64,000 nucleotides of DNA from positions 9,940 to 73,939 of the forward strand of contig CAXPMI010000031.1 of assembly GCA_964218365.1 (NCBI GenBank), read 5' to 3'. Under the pieces are notes generated by a model that saw only the letters and a program-made list of their open reading frames with translations, did no database searches and was not told where the DNA came from. This DNA is from Candidatus Poseidoniaceae archaeon (GTDB taxonomy: Archaea; Thermoplasmatota; Poseidoniia; Poseidoniales; Poseidoniaceae). How positions within the stretch are numbered: position 1 is the first letter of the stretch; each line of letters opens with the position of its first letter. The position numbers and the translations under genes were made by a program. Below, one piece after another: positions 49,483-59,900 of this stretch.

Positions 49483-49563
49483 AAAGTATCAATTATCAAG
49501 GAAAATATCATCTTTTTTGCCCCTATAAATTAACAAAATATCAATTACTGGAAAGAATATCAT
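49483..49563. promoter_or_regulatory. Two imperfect 29-bp AT-rich direct repeats offset by 52 bp, upstream of the beta-helix gene
   Basis: AAAGTATCAATTATCAAGGAAAATATCAT (49483) versus AAAATATCAATTACTGGAAAGAATATCAT (49535); 21/29 identical. Confidence 0.45.
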
Positions 49564-49611
49564 ATGTTTATAGATGACTCATTACCGTCTCTGTGCACCG
49601 TTTAGAAGATA

Positions 49612-50829
49612 TTAGCAGGCAACTGAGGATTGTATTTGATTCAACCATGCTTTACCATCAATAGCTCCATAGCCCCACCGTGAATCATGTTCTATTCCTT
49701 CCTCAAGTGGAATCGCCGAGTTCATCAACGCTGTTTTTACCTGAGCAAGACATTCTTCATTTGAATTCATTAAGTCCGGTTCTGCTTCCAAAATCAGGGC
49801 TAAAATTCCTGAAACGAAAACCGTTGCGTCGCTAGTACCTGTGGAGGAATAGTATTCATCATCGAAAGCAGTGGATATGATCGATACTCCGGGTGCGGAT
49901 ATCTCTGGTTTCTTGTTTGGATTTTGGTAAACTTCTGCACTCTCATCGCTAGTGTAGCCAAGGGAAGACCCCTCCCAAATATCTCCATTAACATCCAAAG
50001 CACCAACTGAAATTACTCCAGGCACATCTGATGGAGTAGCAACTCTACCATCGTCATCTGGCCCACCGTCATTTCCGGCTGCTGCAACAACATAAACGCC
50101 ATTTGCAATCGCTTGTTTGACTGCATTTGAGGTTGGGCCATCGGTGGTTGCATTAGGATCACTCTCTCCACCTAAAGATAGAGAAATAATGTGGGCTTGG
50201 AATGTTTTCCAACACCATTCAATGGCACTAGCAACAACATTCTGGTCACCGCTATTTCCACCCTCCCCATCATCTCCAAGGGCTGCCGCCATTCCAAGAG
50301 TAACTCCTGGAGCTACCCCCTTGAGGTATCCATCAGAAACCAAAATACCTGCCATCATGGTTCCGTGAGCAAGAGAACCTTGGTCTGCAATTTGATTAGA
50401 ACCCGTGATGAAATCCTTGAATATCAAATCAATCGATTTCAAATCTGAATGGCTAGGATCAATACCTGTGTCAACCATACAGACTCGTATTCCATCCCCG
50501 GTATAGCCTAGTGACTGTAATTCTCTTGCACCAGAGTCCTCAAAGGCCCACTCTGATTTTGAAGGTGGTATTTCTATGAAAAGAAGTTGACTTCTCCAAA
50601 CAGCCCACATAATCAAAATCAAAACTAAGAAAAATCCAGTGCTAATAAGTCGCTGTCGTAGTCGCTTTGGTCTAGAGACAACAGGAACAGGAGTTGGTGC
50701 CCAACCCAAAACCTCACTTCGCCAACCTTCTTGGTGTCCAATAGTTGCTGAGTCAGCTGCAGATAATATCCGATAGTCAGACGGTTCGGGAATGAACTCA
50801 ACATTTCCGAGTTCTTTCTCTTCCCACAT
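49612..50829 (-). CDS. Membrane-anchored S8 (subtilisin-family) serine protease
   Basis: VDTGID (Asp), HGTMMAG (His), AAGN, GTSDAT (Ser), WGYG; TM helix near residues 65-78. Confidence 0.92.
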   Translation of the reverse strand: MWEEKELGNVEFIPEPSDYRILSAADSATIGHQEGWRSEVLGWAPTPVPVVSRPKRLRQRLISTGFFLVLILIMWAVWRSQLLFIEIPPSKSEWAFEDSGARELQSLGYTGDGIRVCMVDTGIDPSHSDLKSIDLIFKDFITGSNQIADQGSLAHGTMMAGILVSDGYLKGVAPGVTLGMAAALGDDGEGGNSGDQNVVASAIEWCWKTFQAHIISLSLGGESDPNATTDGPTSNAVKQAIANGVYVVAAAGNDGGPDDDGRVATPSDVPGVISVGALDVNGDIWEGSSLGYTSDESAEVYQNPNKKPEISAPGVSIISTAFDDEYYSSTGTSDATVFVSGILALILEAEPDLMNSNEECLAQVKTALMNSAIPLEEGIEHDSRWGYGAIDGKAWLNQIQSSVAC

Positions 50830-50872
50830 AGTTCAACACTACCACGTCAATGGCTTCAATATATGTCTGAAA

Positions 50873-50916
50873 CCAACAGGATTCTGCCTCTATAATGGAG
50901 GCAGAATCCTTGTTGG
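50873..50916. terminator. Long hairpin 4 bp downstream of the giant aglB stop codon
   Basis: AGGATTCTGCCTC-TATAATG-GAGGCAGAATCCT, a 13-bp perfect stem extended by CCAAC/GTTGG. Confidence 0.6.
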
Positions 50917-50920
50917 AATA

Positions 50921-53900
50921 TCAGAATCGTCCAGAAGACCCTCTGCGTGCAGTCTTGTATCCACCGTACATTACCAATCCAGTTAGAAGGATAATTACTA
51001 CAACCAACCAATCAGACTCACCATCTTCATCTGCTATGTTCGAGAACTTGATGGTGATGATTGCCGATTCATCACTGTCATCGTGTGTTGGTGTTCCAAT
51101 TACATCCAAAGTAACCTTCAATCTAGCGTCACCTGGTGGCAGGTCAGAGTAATCGAATGATGCATATGCAACACCATTTGCTGGAACTGTGATAGTTACT
51201 TGCTGTTGTGGATACACAGTGTTACCAAGTTCGTCTGCCGCTAAGTAAACGATTACATCACCCGCTGTAAGGAATCCATCGTTCCTGATTGGAATGATGA
51301 ACTGTCCATCAGCGTTTGCCTTAGCATCAGCATTTCTTGGTTCTACTCCACCTTCATCAATCACTAATTTAGCCACAGAGATAATTGCGGTTGTCGACTG
51401 AGATTGCTCAGCGAAGTCGCCTTCGCTATTTGCAGTGAATGAAACCGGGCATTCATCTTCAGCTGCTGCATCTGCAGGTGCATAAATTGTGAATGATTGG
51501 CTTCTCTCACTGCTTGCTGCCACAGTTACATTAGAAATTGGTGGTGCGACAGTCCATCCTTCACAAGAGAGTCCAGATTCAACTGTAACGGTATCATCAC
51601 CGTTACCGTTGTTAACGATTCTTAGGGTTACGATTGTTTCATCCCCGACTCCAACACCGATTGATTCAGGTGCATCGACCAATGAGATGTTGTACTGCTG
51701 TGGAATGAATACTCTTGCACTTGCTTCGCTCGCTCCAGCGTCTGCAGTAAATCTCATGTTAACAGCATGTCCGTCATCATAGGTCTGTGATTGATTCTTG
51801 AGTGGTAGAGTTACTCTAACGTCTACTTCAGTGTACAAGAGTTGGTCTGAATCTGAATTGTTCATTCCAATGCCCATTGCTACGTCCATTGCTTCGGTCC
51901 AATCGCCTGTTGAGTTCTTGTACTCAATAGTCCAGAACTCCGCATCCTGTGTTACGCCAGTTGAACCAGATGCAGTGAAAGTATCGGAGATCTCCGTACC
52001 TTCGTATGTAAGGCTCAACTTCATTGTGATTACCTTGTATCCATTACCGTCTTCCTTAGCAGTTAGGTCTGTTAGGTCAGATGGGTCAAAGTCTGCTGTT
52101 TCTGCATCAACCGAGATGATCTCAACAACAAGGTCTGAGTTAACACGGCGAGTGAACTCTAACAAGCGGTCCTCAGCAGTGTCTTGTATTACTTCCACAG
52201 TTAATCCTGCGTTGTACTCCATTGCTAGGTTTAGGTCGTGCTGAATTGATTCGAATTCACTGTCAAATGAAACACTACCTGCAGGTAGAATCATCTCGAT
52301 TTCACCATTTGAATCGAATGGAACTTCCCATGCAACTCCATCTCCAAGGTCTATTTCGACGTCAACTCCCTCTGAAACATCTCCTGCGTGGAATTCAACG
52401 CTATCGATTGTTAGCCATGTTGTAGAGATGGATATCAATCCACCTTTCTCCATTACTAGGTCAAGAGTTGCTCCTTCTTGAACTGAGGCCTCTAGCAATC
52501 CAATTGCTATTCCGCCACCGTTTTCATCAACATCGGTTCCTTCAACCACAACAATCCAGTTGCCCGGTTCGATGCTTGCATTCCATGATAATACGTCATT
52601 ATCAAACACTACATCCTGAATAACGATAGCATCACGGACAATTCCGCTAGCAGGGTAAAGGGTAATTGTGGCTCCATCTAATCTGGTAGTCGCACCCAAA
52701 ATGTCAGTTACATTTCCTGATACTTCTACAAGTCCTGCGCTCATTTCGAAATCACGACTTTCGTGTGTGTCGTTGACAACGTAGAAGCTTGTGTTTCCAT
52801 CTTCGTAGGTCACAGAATCAAATCCAGCCTTCTCGGCAACTACTGTGTAGTTTTCACGGATTGGAACGAATAGTTTCCATGTACCATCTTCATCGGTTGT
52901 TAAATTTTCAGAGAATCCACTCTCGGAACTGATTGAAACATTGACAGAATCTATTCCTTCACCAGAGTTAGGGATATCATCCTCATTTAGATCCCAGAAG
53001 ATTTTTCCACCAACAAGAACATGCTTGTCAACATATACAGCACCTACATCCCATGTGTTACCGACTACTGTATCGGCTGAGTTGTAGATTCCAACATCTA
53101 GAGACCACATCTCAAGGGTATCTGTTCTGTTAAGCATCAAAGTCCAGTTGCCTGGCATCAGAACTTCGTTGATGATTCCTTCATTGTCAGAAGGACCTAG
53201 GCTTACATTACCTAGTCCATCAAGGCTTACAGCGGTGATCCTTGTAGCGGTGATGTTTGAATCTGTTAGTGATTCTTTCAATTGCATTGTAACGTTCAAT
53301 GCTGTCTTGGTCTTCCAATTCAAATCGGTAACTGCTCCATCGAGAATAAGGACATCTCTGAAGATTTCAGTCTCATTGCTGTCGGCTATGTAGTCTGAAA
53401 CTTCTACAAACCATTCGCCTGCGGCAATGTATTCTGCAAACGTACCATTCTCATCGGTTGCAAGTGGATAGAAGTCATCACCTGCTTCGTTTCTCAACCA
53501 AACTGTTGAATTCTCAAGTGGGAATCCACTTTCCATTAGTACGGTACCTGCAACAAGATATTCAGGTGTTATCGCTATGTCAACAGGGTCTTCTATTGTA
53601 TCTAGTCCAATGTCAATTGAAGGAAGACCTGGTGCAAACTTCCTGAAGTCGCTTGCGTTTTCGTCTCTTGGGTCATCATCCATCATGGTGATGATGTAAT
53701 TACCAACAGACAACTCGACTGTAAGTTCACCAGTGTTTGCATCGTACATGTCTTCAGTAACTGTGACATCAATACCGAACTCATTGATCGATGTGATATT
53801 GAATGTAGGTGAAACTGCGGTACCGTTTTCCCATGCAAGGTCGTCATTTGTATCCAAGAATATCCTCAAAGTAAGAGAAACATTAGCCGGTGCTGCTACA

Positions 53901-56900
53901 ACTTCTACTCTGTTAGTATCGTTCTCAGTTGAAACAGATACTGGTTGAACGTTCATGTCAGAGTTGGATGCGGAAATTGTGTATGTTCCGTTTGCAAGGT
54001 ACATCAAGAAATTTCCAGCATCGTCAATCTCATCTCTCCACTCAAGTCCATTTTCGTCAGTTGCAATGATTTCTGCACCACTTGCTCCTGTGATTCCATC
54101 GCCCCAAGTAATTCCGCTTCCATTTACCGGAGAATCTCTCAGCCAAACAGTTCCTTGTAGGGCATTAGACTCTTCTAGGATTAGGTCTCTATCAACATCA
54201 TCCGATGCATCTGTAACCAGCATACCTGCTGTCAAGACATTGCTTGTTAATCCAGCAAAGCTTTGCACATTGATGTGGAACTCAACACCTGCTGGCATTC
54301 TTATGGAATATGTTCCGTTTTGTGAGTCAGTGGTAGTCGCAAGTATGATATTACCAGAGCGTGCTTCAACATTCACGTTGGTCGCAGGTTGTCTCATCTC
54401 CATCGGGATATCTGAGGCGTTGTTATACTGAGGATCTTGCAATAGATCGTTTAGACCTGGTATAGCCCAAACCGTTCCATTAACCCATGCGCTTACCGCA
54501 TAAGTCAAATCCAATTCAACATCGTCTTCACCAACTTCAACTTCATGCCATAAAACGAAGTTCTCATCGGTTTCATCTGAAATGACCCAGTCGCCCATGA
54601 ATATCTCTGCATGAACGAAACCGGTTTCATCCGATTGTGCGGTCAAAGTGATATCGTTGAGGTCTGTTCCTAGGGAACTAGAGAAAGTCAATGTTCTGTT
54701 AGCCAAGTCTATACCAGACCCACCGTCATTTAGTTGAATTGTTACATCACGCATTGTAGGAACAGATACTGCTAGAGTGACATTCTGTGAATCAAGACCT
54801 ACGCTGAAATTGTATTCGACTTCATACCAGTCATCATCGTCAATATCCACTCTCCACTGATAGTCACCAGTAGCAAGAGGCCCATAACTGAAGTTACCGT
54901 TTTCATCTGTTTCAATCAGTACCGGTTCTGAACCTTCTTCCAATCCAAAGTCAACTAGTTCGATAGTCTCATTCGGAAGTGGTGTTGGGTCGCCATTTGT
55001 GAAGTAATCAGCAAACAGTGTATCTTCGAAAATTGAACCTGGCATCTTCATCTCCAAGTCAGTAGTAGGTTCAACTCCTACCTCGACTGGGTCAGGGAGA
55101 AGTATTTCTCTACCGTTTTCCATTACTGCAATCATGTTGTAAGTTCCCGGCATTAATCCAGTCTTGTAGAATGAACCTGGCGCCACCATTGGCCCAGAGA
55201 AGGTTCCCTCACCAATGAATAGACCTGTACCATTAACGCTTCCAATTCCTTCGTAAACGCCAGTACCTTCGAATGTCTCACCATCAAGGAACTTGACAAC
55301 GATTACTTCTCCATCAGCGGTCATTCTACCGTTTGCATCAACTGTGCCCTCGAATAGGTAAGTGTCTGCTTCGGAGGTTAAACAAGCGATGTGGGTTGAG
55401 TTAATTGTTTCACCATCTACTGTTTCTTCGAATGTAGGTAGTGATTCGATTGTTTCGTCACCCACAGTCTCTTCTACACATGCAGGAGCGTCATAATCAA
55501 TCCATTCTGCGACAATTGAACCTGCCCCAGTAAATGTTGCGTTAGCTGTGTATGAGCGGCCATCTAAGACATTGCGAGTGTAATTTCCAGTAAATCCGTA
55601 AACAATTCCAGTGTTTCCTTGAGTATCGAAAGTTCCGTTTTCAGTGAACATGACTTCACCAGTTCCTTGAATAATTCTTGTATCACCTTCGTCGGTTGTG
55701 AAAGAACCACTTGTTGTTGAGACAGAGTAATTGCTGGCCATACCCCAAACGTTGCGTAGGATAAAGTCCATTCCGTCTAGAGCATCACCTTCGAAAGACT
55801 CGTGTCCTGTCCATGTAACTGTACCAGAGACTCCACTTGAATCGACTGCAATGTCAAAGTCTGTGTCGATAGAAGTACCAAACTCTTGGTCAGCTTGTGC
55901 TCCTGTGATGTTTTGTGTCACCTCACCCATCCAGGACATGTTTGCGACCTTACCTAGAAGAGCAGTGATCAAGTTGGTTTCACGGTTATCGTTCGTGTTA
56001 ACAGTCAAGTCGCCCAAACCAGCAGCGTATTCGCCAGTCTGGATTGTATCCTTAGCCTCTGCATCGTCAAATACACCTGCATATGCTGAAACTCTAATCT
56101 TTCCAGCAGGTACGGTGTAAGACCATTCGCCGTTTTCATCAGCATCTGTGTAACCGATTGGAACCCAGTATGTATCTTCGTCAAGGTCAGTTTCATCTTC
56201 ACCGGAGAATGCATCTCTCTCGATTAGAATTCTGACATTTGGAAGAGGTGTGCCATCATCTGACATACTTACTGTACCTCCGACTTCAACACCAGGGTAG
56301 TACTTCAGAATCTTGACTAGTGTGTTTGCAGCACCCAACATGTCGTCTGGGTTTTCTGCATTGTACCAGTTTGCAATCACAAAGTGGTTCATCATTGCAC
56401 CCGGTAGTGGAACTGCGTTAGTCATTATCGAATTAGGAGTACCAGACTGACCGAAGTGTTGCCCTGGTTGCTCTGTTGTAGCGAATCCAAGAGTGGATGC
56501 TCCATATCCTACGTATGCACGCGCGAGCATTGTTTCGAAGAACGCAGGGGTGTGGTCGATCCTAATGTCAACTAGGCTTAACGGGTCGAATGTTGCCCCA
56601 GACTGTTGGTTGAGAACGTCCTTTCTCATTTCTTCATCGAATTCTTCTCTTGTCATTTCATCATTGAACTGTCCACGAGTAGTCATGTAAACTTCATCCA
56701 TGAAGGTGTCGAAATCTTGGCCTGAAAGAATTGTTGGTGCTCCGAAAATTCCAGTTGGGCTACCACCGCTGTATTCAGAACTGTACAATCCTGCCCTCGG
56801 ATACAGTCTGTTATCAATAGCAAAGTACCTGATTTCGTGGTTTCTAGTGATTGTTTCACCTGGTGCACCTTCGTAATCTTGGACAGTATATACTGCGTTG

Positions 56901-59900
56901 TTCGATAAGTCGGTGTATAGTGCATGGATTTCTTCGCTGTCCAATGCAGAAGTTAGCATCTGCGTGACTAGAGCAATTCCAGCGTTCTTGCGGTGAATAT
57001 TTGTGCTAACAGAGTCATATTCCTCTACCAAATCAGAGGTATACCAATAGTCCCCGAAGATGTAGTGAGTTGTATTTGACTCTGTATCTGAAGCCGCACG
57101 AATATTGTTGTTGAATACTGGTTGTGCTTCACCCTCGTTTGCGAAAGCGAAGTCACCTACACAATCTGCAGAGGTAGGACAAGGTATAGCTTCTCCATCT
57201 TCGAATACCATGTAGTATGTGTTGACATCCTTTCCAAATACACCATCTTCAATCAGTCTACCTTCAGCCATTACGACATCGCCGTTAACCTGTGTGACCT
57301 TGAACGAACGGTCTACGACACCATCTGCATCCATGTTTGTCTGGATTGTGACAAATTCAGATTTCTGCTCGTCGGTCAAATGGTTGGAAAGTGTGTTCAG
57401 GAATGAAGATGTGTGAGCACTTTCTCCTGTTCTTGCATCATTGTAAGCAAGGTCAGCACTTGACAATCTCCAGATGAACATAGCAACTAGGTCATCTTGG
57501 CTTCTTGCAAGTAGCATGTTACCTGACGCAGGTATACCTGACTGGAAGTTATCAGAAACGGATGGGTGGTCACCGGTTTCTAGAGCTTGGAAACCATAAT
57601 CCCACCAAGATACAAACGCTGGTCGGTCAGAATATGATTGGTCTGTGTCTTGCTTTGCAAGCCAGTCGTATGCCAAGTTCCATCCACGATCGTTGTAACC
57701 TGAACCAAATGATCCAAGGTACCAGCGAGAATTCTCGTCATATACACTATCATCCAAGATTGAGAAACCAAAGTCATTCCATCTCAGGATATCAGGAGCG
57801 ATATTGAAAATTGTCTCATCCATTTCTGCCTCATGCCTGGAAGAACCTGGCATAGCAGCGTCGATACCGTATGTTGCATGCTGTCCAATCAGCATGATTA
57901 GAACCAGACCGATTGCACTGAATTGTGGTGTTCTCCAAACTGCCTTTCTAGCATTGGAAATTCTTTCACCAGGTGTCCTGATTCCCATGCGCCTCCAAGA
58001 GCGTGCCATGTTACTAGCGCCGCTTGCTCCCCAGAGTGTCACAATTCCCCAAGCACCCATAATAGCCATTGCAGGTGCAGCGTTGAACAGGAATCTTCCT
58101 GCGGACCATGCCATGTATGCTGCGACGATGACCCACATTCCTAGAACGAGTTTTGTCTGGCTCTTCTTTACTATTCCATCCCACAGAGCAATAATTCCCA
58201 TAACGATAGCTAGTACGAAGACAATCGGTCCAAAGGAGGCGAAGAGTTGACCTCTACTAGGGGCGCTCGCTTCAGCAATTGTTCCGAAAATCTTGTTCTT
58301 AGTGAAGTATCCAGAACCAGTTGTCAATATATTCCAAGCATTGGATTGGTCGGTGATTTGTAGTAGATATAGAACCACTCCAAACACGATACCTCCTGTT
58401 AGGAGAGAACCTAATACTAGCAGCCAAGGCTTGTCTCTAAATCCTGTTGTGATCCATGCGATGGCAACTGTAAACAATGTGATGAACAATAATGGTGTCA
58501 AACCAGTGCTGTTCAAGACAAGGTTGATTTGTGGGTGTGCATAGAATGGCATTACCATCACGTAAATTGTTCCGAGCATCATTATGTTAAGGGCAGACAG
58601 GATTGTGCTGTCCTTTCTTCTGAACATGTTCATTGCAACTTGAATAAAGTAAGCAAGGAATATGATTGCTGGACCGTATACGAATCCTTTCCAACCAAGT
58701 GCTACGATGCTGAAGCATACACCAGCAGCAATTGCATTTGCAGAAGCTTTTCTGCGCTGCTTTAGAACCTCTGCCATAGCCTTGATTATTCCAGACGGAG
58801 ATGCATTTGTGTGCCTTGAAAGTCTTTCATCTCCACCCGCTTTGACTGCACGCAGATAGAACATAAACGCAGCAGTTAGGAAGAGAAGGACGTACGAATC
58901 GTGGTCAGCCATAGCCCATGTTGATTTTTGGACGTGTGTTGGCATGAATGCGATTAACCACGCTGCGATTACTCCTGCACCCTTTCCGAAATGGTCCTTT
59001 GCAATTGCCGCCATTGGGAATACGATTAGTGCACCAAAGATTGCAGGTAGTGCAAGCATTGCATACCATACGGACTCGTCCGAGGACAATCCAAGGTTTG
59101 TAAGCAGCATAGCGCCCATTGCCATTGACCAAGAGAACAATGGCGGTCGAGGATTGATTCCTCCAACCGGGTAGTTTCTGTCTGCATCGAAAATCAAGTG
59201 AGCATTTTCTGCGATAACGTAGTCCACTACTCTCTTCATGTACCATGGGTCAGAACCTCCTGTAAGGTCCCAAGATTCTAGGCCTGCAGAATTCATTGAA
59301 GGTACAAAGTACCATTGAACTCTGATTGCAAGTGCAACAAGGAAAGCCATGAAGGTCATGATTCCTGCCCAGTGGTTAGACCAGAATACCCTGGCTTGGC
59401 TAGGCTCGTGTAGTTCTCTGTTCATCCAACCGCCATAATCTTCGTGTGTTGCGAACCAGTAGATTAGAACACCAATGAAGAAGGTGATACCGAACCAAAT
59501 CCAAACTGCCCAAGTTCCAGACAAATTGTCATTAGACCAGTGTCCGGATTCAAACAGCGAAGAAACGATGTAAAGAGTCCACATTGAACCGATAAAGATC
59601 GCACGGGTGTACCATCGCTCTGCACACATCCATGCACAGGTTAGTGCTACAAGTCCGGTGAAAGCAGCAGGCCAGAAACCAATGTATCCGTGATAGTTTT
59701 CTTCAGACCATATTGCTAGGATGTCAAGGTCACTTAGAGTGTTGAAGTAGTACATGATAGCAATGTGGGTTGCTGCCCATACTGCAAGAGCGACCTGAAG
59801 CGGAAGCGTTGCGTTATTCCATCCACCATCGTGTGGCTTGATGTATCCAAACCATCCCTTGTCAGTGGCTGGTGTTAGAACACCGCGTAGCAGTACCGCT

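Noticed and set aside
49462..49611. AT-rich region as a replication origin
   Set aside because: Only one partial TTCCAG match, no repeated ORB elements or G-strings, and no cdc6/orc1 in the window.
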